The position numbers were made by a program, and so were the translations under genes. 64,000 nt of DNA from Selaginella moellendorffii (taxonomy: Eukaryota; Plantae; Lycopodiophyta): positions 5,535,876 through 5,599,875 of the forward strand of contig NW_003314262.1 in the NCBI RefSeq assembly GCF_000143415.4, given 5' to 3'. Within the stretch, counting starts at the first letter, position 1; every line of letters starts with the position of its first letter. Positions 27,949-42,400 of this stretch are shown piece by piece. The notes under the pieces were generated by a model. It ran no database searches. It saw only the letters and a program-made list of their open reading frames with translations, and was not told the origin of the DNA.

Positions 27949-29524
27949 ATGGAACAACGGGTGAGGCGCAATCTTCTGGGTGGATCGTCTATGGTGCTCG
28001 GCAAGGAGATGGGATCGCCGGAGAAGAAGCTCAAGAAGAGCGCCCCTGCTTCCAAGAGGTACATTCTTTGTTCTAGGGTCTGGATCCGAGACCGTGGGTT
28101 TGGGCGCCAGGGCGCTGGAGGAATTTTTCGAGGCTCTAGAGTCGACCGTGGCGCTGCTGAAGATTCGTAAGCAGTCGTGTACATTCGCTGCTGTGTCTGC
28201 GCCTGTGGAGGCCCTCACAAAGAGGTTTTCTTTTTTTTCTTGTGTTCTTTCTTCTTACATTGTCTCTCATTTGGGCAGGCGTTTTCTTCGCTCTCATCTG
28301 GCCAAGATCAAGTATCTCTTCCCGGAAGCGGTCGAATGCGACTCTTTTACGTGGAAAGACCCCGACACCTCTTCGTTAAAGACGGACATACGGATAAAAC
28401 TCCTACCATTTTCTCCCGAGCAGCCAGCTTCCGTGTCGAAATCCGTCAGTGGAATGGCGAGAAAATGGAGTGCCGACACCGTCGCTCGGAGGCGTGAATT
28501 TCAGAAGAGGATTGCTGCCTTCGAGAAAGATGACGAGGTTCCGGAAGCACAGCTCGTGGAAGAAGTGACGAAGATCAAGGTTCCAGACTTGGACACAGGC
28601 GCGGCACCCATCCCCAACGTTTTAGCTGGCAAAGTGGTGATCAAGTCTGGATACGAGGATATAGTCGAGCGGAGGCTTCAGTCGGACGATGCAATAACTA
28701 CGTCGCATTTCTCACCTTCGTTTCGTCGCCACTTCTCCGCAAGACAGAGAAAAGTGGAATCTTCTGAGCTACAACAAGCTTCTCCAGAGCCTGAAACTCC
28801 TCAAACCTGCAAGGTTGCTCCTCGAGCTACGACAGGGGCATTCACGGGTCCCGATTCTACTTCCAGGCTTTATGCTTCCGCTGATACTCTTCCAAAGATC
28901 GATCACGACGCTCCCACACCTCCGAGGCGTCAGAGCGTTGTCAAATCTCTCCAGTTCGGAAGTGCGGAAAAGAAAAAAATTCTCGAGTCTATTCCAAACG
29001 ATCTTCTTCACTCGGTAAATTCCTGTTGAGTTTCAGAGGAGTGCTGACAAGGCTTTTTTTTTCTTAGGTGCATGAAAAGGAACAGAAGGAGCTAGAGGAA
29101 AAGAGCATAGACAAGAGACGACAACAGATGCTTTCCGGGCTTCCACACTTTCTCAACATGACAAGGCTCATTTTTCAATCCTTGGGTCGCAGCACAATGC
29201 TACACAAAGACCTCGTCGAGCAAATCGAGTCCTCCGCAACTGAAATAACAGACAAAAGTACGTGAATGTTTTCTTTAAAGGTTTTTGTGACAACTAACGC
29301 TGGAGGAATCGACAGATGAAATCGAGGAAAGGCTGCAGTTGCTACTAGAGCTAGCTCCGGAGTGGATTTCCTCGCGAGCTTCACTTGTTGGAGGCACGCT
29401 TTACAGGTGAAAGCAAGCAGCACTTTACACTCCGATCTTGTTTTTAACCGAAATAGTTGCTCTCAGGGTCCAAAAGACGGCTGAATTTTCCACGATCCGC
29501 AAGAGAATGCTGGATGCTGCTTAA
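27949..29524 (+). CDS. CDT1: DNA replication licensing factor CDT1
   Basis: LEEFFEALESTVALLKIRK..TF..VEALTKR|RFLRSHLAKIKYLFPEA; C-terminal RRQQMLSGLP..EIEERLQLLLELAPEWIS; about six exons, stop at 29522-29524. Confidence 0.9.
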
Positions 29525-29560
29525 AAGGTAAGTTGCCGGTTGTAGCAAAAACCTTTAAAA

Positions 29561-31895
29561 TCAGATTGACGCCGGAAAGGAGCTCATGTTTCCAGAATCT
29601 CTGCCGGACAGTGGCTCCGAAAGTTTGCTGTCTCTGCCGGACTCGGAAAGTTTGCTCGGAGGCCTCGTATCCTGTTCCTTCAGCGATTCCAGAATGTCCT
29701 CCAAGCTCTTCGCCACGTTTGTCATGGACGGCCTCATTTTCCCCCTGACGTCCGTGCATTCCAGAGCCAGCTTCGCCGCACGGTACAGCGGCTCCGGCAT
29801 CTCGGGCACAGCCAGGGCCGGATCAAAGAGCTGGTGAAGGGTGTCATCGTTGAGCAGCTCCTTGGCCCAGATGACAATGTTTTGCACCGGCCGGAAGTGA
29901 TCAACTGGCTTCTGGCCAGAGAGAAGCTCCAAAAGAACAACTCCGAAGCTGTAGACGTCGCTCTTAGTGGTGAGTTTCATGAAGAATCCATACTCGGGGT
30001 CGAGGTAGCCGGGAGTTCCGACGATGGTCATGTTGCTGAGATGAGTTGCCGATCCCAGCGGGCCAAAGAGCGACAGTCCAAAGTCCGAGACGTGAGCGTT
30101 CCACTCGTCGTCCAAGAGAATGTTGGCGGACTTCACGTCCCGGTGGATGATGGGCGGACAGGCATACTTGTGGAGGTACTCCAGTCCGCGAGCGGCTTGA
30201 GCAGCGAGCTTGATCCGGCAAATCCACTGCAGGCCAGCGCTCGGCCCAGATCTCGCGAAGATGTTATCATACAGCGATCCTCTCGACATGAACTCGAAGA
30301 CGAGCAGCTTCTCCTCCATGCAGTAGCCGACCAAGTTTACCAGGCACGAGTGGTGCGTTCTCGTGAGGAGCTGGAGTTCCTTCTCGAAGAGCTCGCTCGA
30401 TCTGCCAAAAGTTTGTGAGGTGGTGGGAGGAACGAGAAATCGGAAAGCTTGATCGATCTTACCTGGTGCTTGAAGTGCTAGCTCGCTTGATCGCTACTGC
30501 CTGGCCGTTCTCTAGCACGCCTTTGTAGACAGTCCCAAACGCTCCCTTGCCGAGCACCATCTCTTCGCTATAGCTGTTCGTCGCGACTTCCAGCTCCAGG
30601 GCCGACATAGCGAGCGCTTGACCGGCGGACCGCTCGTTCTCGTTCTTGCTCGCTACCGCCTCTAGCTTCCCGTCACCCTGTTGCTTTGGATCATCCTCTT
30701 TGCTCTTCTCACGCCGGAGGAGATAGAGCCATGTCGCTAGCACGAGCAAACTTCCCAAGAACAAAGCTGCCGCGATGAGCAAGATCACCAGAGCAGTGGA
30801 ACGAGGCTGCGATCTTGTGTCGCATTTCCTATCGCCTAACGGACCGCAAGGAGAAGCCTCGGAGTTGCCAACGCACACCGAGCAATCCAAGCACACCTTG
30901 TCTCTCACCACTGGGCACAGCTGATCCGCGGCCTGGAACTGGCTCCTCCCACACTCGCTGACGCACATTCCCCGGCTGATCGTGAAGTTCTTCTGGTACC
31001 GAGGATACCACACCGAGTTGCCCCAGCACACCACGTCCATGGGAGGATCCATCCTCATCCCGCAAGTGTAGAAGTCCCCGGCGGCGATCTGCGAGAAGGA
31101 AACGTCCAGTGGAGCCATGAGCTTGCCGTTGTCTTGGTCTCCCCAGCATAGAACTTGGCGATTGTCCGCGCGGATCCCACAGGTGTGATAGAGCCCTCCA
31201 GCGATGGATAGAAACTGCAGTCCAGTGGGAGGGATCGACTGTCCATGGTCGGCGGTCCCCCAGCAGCACAGCCTCCCGAGTAGAGTCACTCCACAGGCAG
31301 TGTTTCCTCCCGCGAAGATGGATCCAAAGGTCTCGTTGGATGGCTGCAAGATCTCCTTGCGGAGATCGCCCCAGCAAGCCACTGTTCCAGCTTGAGTGAG
31401 GCCGCAGGAGAATCCCCAGCCGGAGACCAAGCTCGCGAATGCCATTCCAGCCGGCGGCGCTGGGATCCTCCCCCAGCAATCCACGAATGAGTTGTCGCTG
31501 CGTAGCGCGCAGACGTGGAATCCCCCGGAGGCCACGATCGAGTAGCTAACTTGCTGAAGTTCTTGCGGGACTTGGAGCTCTCCCCAGCAAACAATGAAAT
31601 GCGATCCATACTCGACGCCACAGGCGAAGTGCCCGCCGCCGGAGAGCGCCAGGAACTGGGTCGTGTCGGGCGGATTGCTCCCGTTGTGGTGAATTCCCAT
31701 GCATCTAACGCGGAGATCCGTGGCGTGGAGAGCGCACAAGGCAAAAGTACCTGGGATTGGGATGCCGGGGTCTGCACTGCCGCTCCACATGGCGGCGATC
31801 GTCCCCATGGGGCTGAATCCACGCACGGATGATCGCTGCTGGAGGATCGCGAGGGCGACGATGAAGAGCCAAATCGCTGCTGTAGTGTTGAGCAT
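29561..31895 (-). CDS. CRINKLY4-like receptor kinase A
   Basis: Signal peptide, crinkly repeats (GxxHxCG..VxCWG), Cys-rich TNFR-like segment, TM helix, kinase (GKGAFG, VAIKR, HRDVKSANIL, DFGLS, GTPGYLDPEY); one intron 30462-30402. Confidence 0.93.
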
Positions 31896-31924
31896 TTGAT
31901 CTTGAAATGTGGCGCCGCCAGGAC

Positions 31925-32085
31925 GAGAGAGAGAGAGAGAGAGAGAGGAGAGATCACGATTTGGGAGATCGAAAAATATTACCCGGATTTGAGAGGTTGG
32001 CGACAAGACCCACGACAGATTCTGCGACAAGAGGATTAGAAGTCCTCATATTATGCAAGAGTGAGAGACAGAGAGAGAGAGAGAG
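31925..32085. repeat. (GA)n microsatellite tracts upstream of kinase A
   Basis: GA runs at ~31925-31946 and ~32064-32085; a (CT)n run also lies at ~26121-26138. Confidence 0.8.
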
Positions 32086-32565
32086 TTTTAGCCCCGGGTG
32101 ACGGATTAAACGATCTCCTTGGTAGATTCCCTAGAATATTCAGAAACTTTAATTTCTTAAATAAACTACTGTGCTTGATATTAAAAGTATATTTCTCCCA
32201 GGTTTAAAATCAATTATAGTAAAACGTTAAAAAAAGTTTGCAAATATTTTAATATTTTGTAATCATATTCAAAATTCAATGTGCTTCATACCTAACTAAT
32301 CCTCGACTACACAACTCTTGACAAATATGTAGACGCCCAAATTGTAGCAGTATAGTCACTTCAAACCGCCCTCCATCTTCTTTCCGCTGCAATCTCTTTT
32401 GGGATATTTCTATGAAGTGGTGCCCATTGAAACGTTCCAGGTGACCAAGAAGGATAACGTCTTGAGTGTGTAGCTTGAACGAATCATAGATTTTGATTGG
32501 AATACCCTCTCCAGTATTAAAACTCACTTTTGCCGCCAAAAAGTTTTTAAACATTTGAAGACGAC

Positions 32566-34831
32566 TTAGATTGCATAGTAGACTGGAGCCTCGCCGCGGC
32601 TGTCTTCTTGTGCATGGAGTTCCTCCAAAATCTCCTCCAAGCTCTTGGCCACCTCCGTCATGGACGGCCTCTCCTTGCCGCTCACTTTGGTACACTCGAG
32701 CGCGAGCTCTACCGCGCGGTACAGCGGCCCCGACGCAGCCGGCACGTCCAGGGCCGAGTCCAGCACCGCGTGCAGCGCGTCATCCTCCATCAGCTCCACC
32801 GCCCAAGCCACGATGTGGCGCGCTGGCCGGAACGGGTCCATGGGCTTGGCGCCCGACAAGAGCTCGAGCAGCACCACTCCAAAGCTGTAGACGTCGCTCT
32901 TGGACGTGAGCTTCATGGATAATCCATACTCCGGGTCGAGATAGCCGGGAGTTCCAACGATGGTCATGTTGCTGAGGTGAGTTGCCGATCCCAGTGGGCC
33001 GAAAAGTGAGAGTCCGAAGTCCGAGACGTGGGCGTTCCAGTCGTCGTCTAGAAGGATGTTGGCCGATTTCACATCCCTGTGGATGATCGCCGGACAGGCG
33101 TACTTGTGGAGATATTCGAGTCCGCGAGCGGCTTGAGCGGCGATCTTGATCCGGCAAATCCACTGGAGGCCAGCGTCTGGACGTGATCCACAGAAAATGT
33201 TGTCGTAGAGTGATCCTCTCGACATAAACTCGAAGACGAGGAGCTTCTCTTCCATGCAGTAGCCGACCAAGTTAACCAGGCACGAGTGGTGAGTTCTCGT
33301 CAGCAAATGGAGTTCCTTCTCGAAGAGCTCGCTGGATCTGTTTAGTTTACAAGGCGAAGATAGAAAAACTCTCGAAGGAAAATGAAGACTGTGAAGTACC
33401 TGTTGTTGGAGATGATAGCTCGTTTGATCGCTACTGCTTGACCATTCTCTAGCACGCCTTTGTAAACAGCCCCGAATGCTCCCTTGCCGAGCACCATCTC
33501 ATCGCTATAGTAGCCCGTCGCAACTTCAAGTTCTAGCGGCGACATAGCGACCACGCGCGGCGCAGCAGAGAAATCGTTTTCGTTCCTGGTTGCTGGAATC
33601 TCTTTCTTGCCAGCATCTTGTCTGTCATCCTCTTTACGTCTCAGGCAGAGATAAGCGCAAATCACTGCAAACCCCAGGGCCAGGATCACCGCCACCAATA
33701 TCAGCACTAGAGCAAGCCTTCTTCTAAGCTGACGTTGATAACTTCGAGCGCTTGCGGTAGTAGAGATTCCAAAGCCACACATCCTATCAGCGCTGGCACC
33801 GCACGCCGATATCTCTTGCATGTTGAGGCACTGTGAGCATGCCAGGCACACCTTGTCCCGCAAAACAGGACATGGCAGCGAGAGCTGGTCGAACTGGTAC
33901 TCGTCTCTTCCACACGCGCTCACGCACGGAGCCGGGCTGACGTTGAAGCTCGCTTCATGAGGATAGACCACCGAGTTCCCCCAGCAAAGCACTTGCATGG
34001 CTCGATCCAATCTCACTCCACACGTATAGAAGTCCCCAGCCGCAATCGCGGAGAACGGTACGTCCAAAGGAGCACTAAGTTGCGCATGCTCGTTGTTTCC
34101 CCAGCACAGGACGCGACGATCATCCGCCCGGATCCCGCAAGTGTGATACAGTCCCCCAGCAATCGCCAAGAACTTAAATCCAACCGGAGGACGAGACTGG
34201 CCATGATCATCTCCTCCCCAGCAGCCTAAGTCCCCTAACGAAGTTACTCCACAGACGTTGGAACTTCCAGCAAAGATGGCCCTGAAAGTCTGGTTAACCG
34301 GCTGCGCTACATCCTGCCTAAGTCCCCCCCAGCAAATCGCTGATCCCTCTCGAGTGAGCCGCAGGAGAATCCCTTCCCGGAGATCAAAGACGCAAACGCC
34401 AGCTTTGGAGGAGGCTGATCGATGTTCCCCCAGCAATCCACGTTTGAGTTGTCACCGCGTACCGCACAGACGTGATCACCACCCGAGGCTACGCTGGTGT
34501 AGCTAACCTGTTGGAAGGTGTCCGGGACAGTGATGATTCCCCAGCAAACTAAGAAGTGGGATCCATAGTCGAGGCCGCAAGTGAAGAGGCCACCACCGGA
34601 GAGCGCGAGAAACTCCTTCTCCTTTGGCGGAAGGCTGTTGTTGTGTGAAGTTCCCAGGCATTCTACATAGAGAGCCGTGGCTTGTATGGCGCATACAGAG
34701 AAAGCACCTGGAACGGGGTTGTCTTGGCCGCTCCATGTCGCGGCGATCGTTCCCATAGGATTGAACCCCTCGGCTGGAAGGCTTGCGAGGAGACATGCCG
34801 CAAGCACCGCTGCCGCTACGAAAGGGGGCAT
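32566..34831 (-). pseudogene. CRINKLY4-like receptor kinase B with a single 1-bp frameshift (recent pseudogene or sequence error)
   Basis: Full-length tandem paralog of A with the same intron. At ~34359 it reads TGC GGC TCACT where A reads TGC GGC CTC ACT. Confidence 0.8.
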
Positions 34832-36291
34832 TTCTTGCTCGATTTCTTGGCGAGAGCCGCGGCGCCGGTGTGGGGAGGAGTAATGGAGCGATAGAGCAAG
34901 AGGAAACCTGCGCAGCGGATTTTCCAAGATCCATGTGGCATGTCGATCCAGACAAGATCGTTTGCTGATTTCCCAAGGAACATCCCATAAACCCTAGCTA
35001 GTCAATTCAAATTTAACGCGGGAATAAACACTTCCATAAAGGTTATTAAACGCTTATTTCGTATTAACAGGAGAACACACATTTTAAACACTGGTTTAGG
35101 GTTTAGGGTCTAATTAACTCGCTACTTGTTCTACAGCCAACCATAGGTCAAGTTGTAATTCGTTGTGCTTGCTTAAATACAAAAACCTGCAAGCTAGGTT
35201 ACTAGCTTTTAGGTATATAATATAGCTTTCAATTTGGAAATTATTTGGTTGTGATAGTTGAAAGGTTGAAGCACATGTATTTAAGTTCTCCCCTTATATG
35301 CTTTTATTTTATAAGGAATTTTAAATATCTACAAGTTATAATAAAATATTGGCTCAACAGTCTTTATTTTGACTAATTGGAGATTAATATTTGAGCTTGT
35401 CACAATGAGAAAGAAAACTTCCTGAGCTACCTCTCTAAATTTTATTGTATTATATATCAATTATATAGTATGAAGTAATGAATTCTTTGGTGTCTTTCTG
35501 ATTCTAACTTGATGTTTTATAGGTTTAGTGCAAGCTTATCAACTAGTAATACTGCATGCAAAGAGGTTTCTCACTCCAAAACTATTTTAAAATGAGAGTT
35601 TGTTTATACTATGTTTAGCTTAAATCCTAAAATAATATATTGGGTTTTAAAATTTGAAGAGATTTAAAAGCTAAACATAAACTATTAAATATAATTCATT
35701 TTGTTAAATGAAAGCTTGTTATTTAGCAATTGATAACTAAAAATTTGAGATGCTCCTCAAAAATATGGTAGAGGTTCTAATGAAATTTAAATGCCCTTTA
35801 ATTATTTTCTTAACAACTGAATTACATCATGAATTAACTTCAAATAACTTCTCCCACCATATGACTTGGAGCTTTGGCACAATTGCTATAATTTATTGAT
35901 GGTAATGTGGTCTTAATCAATATTATTGAAAGTGTTAAATAAAGAGATTGAAATCTTGAAGAATTTTTCAAAAAAGAGGGAGAACATGAAGATGTGTCCC
36001 AACCAAAGAGATTCAAAAGGCTACATAAAATGTTGAAGTGGAATATTAGTTAAGCTGTAAAACAATTGAAATTTTGACTTTGTTGAGAAAACTATGGAAC
36101 CCAAACCATGTATCATACTTTATTAACATACCAATCTTTAACTTTAAATTAAGAAGCCATAATTTATATTAAATATTTTATTAAAGTTGCAAATGAAGTG
36201 TTGTGTTAGATTGCTCTAACACTTTCTAGGACTTTTACAGAGTATTTATATTTGATTAGAGCTAAATAATAAAATTTGAGGAAGCCATTGA

Positions 36292-36579
36292 ATGTTTTAT
36301 TTCGTTAAAGTGGGACTTTTCATAATCCTACTTATGGTGTGTGGCCACATACCATTTTTATAACAACAATAAAAACTTGAAGTTTTAACTTTATAATTTA
36401 TAAATTAAAAACTTTTCATATGATTTTGTGTTATAATATTGTGAAATATAAAAAAATAAATTAAAAAACTGATAGAAATATTAATAAATATTAATTAAGT
36501 ACTAGGAAATGGCATGTGGACACATGCTAATTAATGTCCCACTTTACTGAATAAGTCCCACTTTAACAAAATAAAGCAT
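36292..36579. mobile_element. MITE-like element
   Basis: 27-bp TIRs atgttttatttcgttaaagtgggactt / aagtcccactttaacaaaataaagcat (2 mismatches), a further inner inverted repeat, and TTGA on both flanks. Confidence 0.7.
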
Positions 36580-38329
36580 TTGATATCATATTAAAATTTT
36601 GTCATTGAGAAAAGACAATAGAAATAATAATAAAATATTAAAATAATAAAGAAGAAAAAATAGATGTATTTAATAATTTAGCCCCAAGTTAATCCAAAAA
36701 TGTAATCCATGTTAATTCCATATAATCATCTATGTGCATAGAAGGTCTTGAATTCAAATCCCATGAATAAAGGCTTGGGGTTCAATTCCCATTGTGGTCA
36801 GTAGTAGTGAATATACTCTTCATTAAAACAAAGAAAAATAAAAATTATATAACATATAATAAATTCTTTAGAAAATAATATATCACCAAATAATATTTCA
36901 CCCCAAAAGGAAGTATGTGTTGTTCAAGATGTTTTTCAATAGATTTACTACTGATCTCACCAAAAAATGCATATTTTTTCATGGCAATAGTGTTTATTAC
37001 ATTTCCCCTTGCAAGCCTTTTAGTGGTATATTTATTTATTTTACCATAGGCTGCATGATATAATAGTTTTAAAACTTTATTTTGTATTTATGAAAGTATC
37101 TAGTGATAAAATAGTTCTTTGTTTTGCAATCAATAAAATTACATATTTTATAAATTATATTAATTCCAAGATAACACTTCTTATAGTGTGTAAATTGGTT
37201 GTATAAACACCTTTTACATGTAGGTTTACATATGTTTTATGCAATGCCAATACAATACTTCAAAACATGCTTTTTAAATTTTACTCATTGTGTAATCAAA
37301 GTTGTTTAAATACTTTTAAAAGGACTTGTCTCAAAGAAACATAAAAATATAATCTCTTAAATAAGATTTTCCAAAGTTAAAATAAGCTTTGATCTTAGAG
37401 TTATCAAAACAAAACATGTGGTATTTCTTACAAGGAATCTAAAGGGAAACTCATGATTGTAAGCACTTGTTATATTTTAACAATAATGGTAAAAGTTTTG
37501 TGTTAAGTAACATAAAAATTATACAAGTAATTTTGGAAGCAATTTCTATGAACCACAAGCACAATTACAAGTAATAATCTTTATGGAAGTTTCAACTTTT
37601 ATGAATTTCACAAACTTGCAAATTTACATAAAACACTTGGACCACAAAAAAGAATTAAGAATGACTTACCACTAGTGGGATGATACTAGGTAAAAGCTAT
37701 TTATGGTCTTTAAACCATTTTTTTATTGTGCTTGAACAAAATTCTATAGTTATTAACAACAAATAAGAATTATAAACTTTTAATCAGTGTCTAGAGAGAA
37801 TGTTTAAGGTAGTTTTTCTTTAAGTTGTGATTGTCATTACTACAAAAATTATATTTAATCTTTATTTAACAGTTTTACATTTTATAAACATTGAAGTAAA
37901 TAATGGAAGATTTTTTACATAATTAATTATTATTATTAACTATGAAGCCTCTTAGAAATTAAAAGATCAATGTTTAATAATATTACTTTTAATAGTTGAA
38001 CTAAAATTAATATAAATTATTGAGTGCATAGAATACAAAAATGCAATATAAAAATGTGTGTATTAAATTACCCCAAAAACCTTAGCTTATATATATGGTT
38101 AGGATTGAAACCAATCCAATAGGTATCAAAATCCCACTACACTAATATTAATATATAACATCATAACCCTACACTTGGACCTTATATCATCCTTTACTCT
38201 CAGAAAGATGGAAGGTAATTAAAGTCTTGTAGCGGGATTTGGAAAAATATTAAAAGGAAGCATTAGTGAATTTGTAAGTGGTGTAATTTTTTTCTGATCC
38301 AATTGTAACTATTGCACATACATAATTTT

Positions 38330-39474
38330 TGTAGCGCACGTGGTTTTGACCCTTTATTCTATGGTGATTTACCATAGGATAACACCACGAAGCGGAACCT
38401 AAACCCTCTTTGTGCCACGTGACAGATGCCACGTGTCACATACCACGTGTCCGTGCCACGTGTCCATAGGAACCCGAGGTTCAGGGCCTTGGGCCACTGA
38501 ACGAAGGAACGGTGCCAAACTCCCAAGCCTGACGCCAAGGAGTGATGAAACCGGACCACAGAGCAACTCCCGAGCATATAGCCCAAGGAGCGAAGGGACA
38601 GGGGCCCAGAGCGACTTGGAACAGTCCTAGAGCAACCAGCATCCCAATGCCAGGACCAGCACGCAAAACGGAGCCAAACGGAGTCTGGCGCTATTTCGGC
38701 ATACCGGTGGCCTAACGCGAGGATATGGGTACTCCACCAACTAGCATGGAATGGAACTTGGGCTTAGACCCAAGCCGGACGCAGAACAAGGACAGGCACG
38801 CAAGCGGGAGCTAGACTATGCCTCAGGTTGGTCGGCCATGCCCGACCTACCCACTATCCCTACTATACATTTGGAACCCCCCATAGCCCCCCCCCCCTTG
38901 AGGAACACACGCTTTGGGCTTTCACCCCAAGCCTCCCTTAGTATCAGGAGTTAGTCTCTGGGACAAACTCGAAACTTACTAAATATGGAATGTCCTTAGA
39001 TTGTGAATTTGGACACGGGACGAACACCATTGTGTTCAGGCCGATCTCTACATTCCGTAGATATGCCAAATGAGCAAATCTGGACACTTTCCATAAATAG
39101 CATTTGGGACCGAAATGAGACTAACACAAAGGGCATGATAGCGAGGGTGTTTGGCAGACACGGTAAGCTATCATCCAGCGATATTGAGGGACCAATCTCA
39201 ATATACGAGGGTTCTTGTCAAGCCAGTGCAAGACAGAGCAAAAGAGAACTAAAAGCCAGGCCGAGTATGCTCAGCTAAAAACACATAGGAGTTCCTACCT
39301 TATGTCCATCTGGCTAAGTACAGGTGCTAAGCCCAGTAAACTAACACTTGAACAAGAGGGGCTAATAAAGGGAACCAGCAATACCGACCTCCTGCCATCG
39401 TGGCAGTAAGGTAAGAGTGTCCGTAAGGACTAGCCGACAGGTAACTTTCGATACCTGAAGTCACATTCGCGACA
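38330..39474 (-). repeat. Complete 3' LTR (~1145 bp)
   Basis: Starts TGTAGCG and ends CGCGACA (6/7 terminal inverted repeat); abuts the PPT ctctccccccctt at 39475-39487. Confidence 0.85.
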
Positions 39475-42400
39475 CTCTCCCCCCCTTGGGAAGATCGACG
39501 TCCTCGTCGATGCACACTCGAGTCTAGAATACCGCCAAGGAAACAACTCCAGAAAAAGTTCACGGTACTCACACTATGTGAGAAATGCACCAACTTAAAT
39601 GAGTTAAGGGGGCAACCTCTTTGTCTAACGCGGATGCGCTACCAGCTTAGACACCTTCCGGCCGTCGCCGACAAGGAAATGACCAACGGAGTCAGCCACC
39701 CCTGCTGCTCTGGGAGTCACCCAGCTTACAAAAGTGTGATATGCCCTGCCCGCAGGAACATAGAGAGAGAAGCCAGAGGCCCCTACCCTCCTAAGCAAAG
39801 AAACCAAACCCGTCGGTAAGGTTTAGATAGACTACTGTAAACAGGCAGTTAGAGTTGTTTACACGGTCACGCCCTTTCAACGGAATAAGGACCATCGACA
39901 AAGAGGCGGGTTATGTGACCAGTCGACAGTAGCTACCCCATGACTAGAGATTTCACCATGCACACGAAGTGCCGAAGCCAGTCTGCCCATTACTGGCCCA
40001 AACTCAAAGATCAATGGATGGACAATATCAAAGTCAGAGACAATGATATCTGAGAAGCTTAATTACTAGTGATTATATCTTAGAGTAGAACACAAAAGTA
40101 TTCTAAGCAAGTTATCATCCGATAAACCAGTAGTATTGTAGATAGGAACCACCAACAGATCATCATAATTTGGCAAACACAGGAATGACCATCCAACAAA
40201 ATTCAATAGTTAGTATATCATCAAGGAAACTCAATGATGAAACTTAACTATCGAAGATAGTAGATAGTAAGCCAACAACTTACTAGAGAGAACTCAAAGA
40301 ACACAAAGTATCATTGACTAACAAGCACAATGCTAGCGAATGTATCACCCAAAGGAAATAATATCCAAATCTATCAAAACTAACTCGAGCAACAATCAAC
40401 AGAAGAAAATGAATGTGGTAAGACCAACAAACACTCATTCCTGCCAACTATCACAAAAGCCAATCTGAATAGATCCCAGCCAACAATACCAAGGAACTCA
40501 AGTTGCCTAAGCAAGTGTCAGCAACATCCTACTGACGTCTCAAACCCAAGAGACCAATCCAGAGCAAACCACAAAGAACATGTGGTATTGCCAAAAGCCA
40601 AAAGCCATCAAAGAGAACAACCAACTATCATGAAAGATCGTCAATCATTCCATCAATAAAGAGATGCATAATCATCGTCTAAGAAGGAATCCACCATCCC
40701 GAAGAACGGCAAACCATTCTATACCAACAATAATCAAGCAAAACTTTTTGACATGGATAATCAACTTTCCTAGAGGATAGTTAATCAGCACCAATGATTG
40801 CTAGATGCAAAAGCCAACTTCAACATCGAAGCTAATGAGCCAAAATGCCTTCCCCCAACAACTTCAAACAAATGGAACAATGAGCATAAAACTCAAGGAA
40901 CCGAAAGTTCAAAGAAGTCTATAGCCAAGTCTTGTCTAACAATGATCACGAGTCACATAGAAGCTAACTTCAATGTTAAAGAAGAAATCATGGTGCAACC
41001 CACAATATCTTCCTCAACACATCCATAAGCCAAACTTCATAATACCAAAGCTAACGAAGAGCATTTCTGCATCAATCCAAAAGCTAAGTATAACGAAGCT
41101 ATGCTCAACAAGTGATCATCAAACGATCCTCCATGAATCCATCTACAGCAAGACGTAACTCACCTCATAACAAGCACAAGAAAAATCATTAATGATTGAT
41201 ATATCTCAATTGAAATCCAAGAAGGATTCAATCACTTCAATGCCAATCACTAACTCTTACTCTTATAGAGGTAGCATTGTTCACGACTAAATCACTTTTC
41301 AAGGAAAAACTAAAGCTCAACCTCAACTAAGCAATCTCGTCTAGAACACAACTAACCCAAACTTGCTACTCAGTTCATTTGAACATCAATACAGTTGCTA
41401 ACTAGCAATTGCCTGAATGCTAACAACACAAAGCTAAAGCCAAATCATCAACACTTTTTATCAAGACTAATGAAACTCAATATCAATCCTATGGAGAGAT
41501 ATCTCATTTCATTTTACCTCAACATCAACAATGTCAATGACAAGGCATCACTTCAATGCCATCAACAACAGAACAAAGCTAGCAGAAAGCAAGAGTGAAT
41601 CACCACCCAAAGCTCTCTAGCAACCAAGCTAACCAAGGTCGAAGATACCTTAGTCAGTATCCGAGACCAATCCTCCAACAATACTCAGTTACAGATAACA
41701 CTTCCTCAAGGAGTGAATCACCACGTCCAAGACTCAATGAAATCCAACACTATAGACCAAACGTAACCAAATGATATCGACAAAGGAATTGACATGCCAA
41801 CATGGAAAAACCACGCCAGCCTAATGACACGATCCTCCGCAACACCATCCGGTAAAGCAAGCCCATCACTGTTAAATCATCATCGAGCAAAGTAAGTGTC
41901 AACAGTCCTTGACGAAGTCTACAAGTAATCACTAGTCACAAAGCAACTAACAATCACTCCTCAACTTGCCTTCATAAGACCCAAACACCAACTCTTGTCA
42001 TCAAGTTACATACTTGTCCAACATGAACATAATACCCCAAGTATGAGATAAAAGTTCATAGACAAGCACAAACTAAATGACCACTCGAATCCAACTCAAC
42101 CGCAATAAGCTCACTAATGCATTTTAGTCAATAGCTCTGAGCATGCCTTGAAGAGGCTAGCTATGTGATCAACACTCAGTCGAAACTAAAGTGAAGACCA
42201 TGAGATGGACTCATATCAGTACACAACTTCCTCATAGACAAAGCTATAGTACGGGTACCAACATCTCAACCTCAAACAACTAAGTTGGACATCACCATCC
42301 TCAGCCAAGGTGCAGGGCCACCAAGACCAAGTCAAGATCAGTGAGAACTCACTACTCTCATAGAGTCTAACGTAATGCAAGGTGCAAACTGTCACCAAGC

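Noticed and set aside
32276-32695. 139-aa ORF overlapping the kinase B end
   Set aside because: Alternate frame running into 3'UTR; no recognisable family.
36740-36800. B-box-like gggttcaattccc strings
   Set aside because: No cloverleaf or A box can be built.
38359-39278. Short ORFs duplicated at 44485-45068
   Set aside because: They lie inside the LTRs; duplication reflects LTR identity, not coding conservation.
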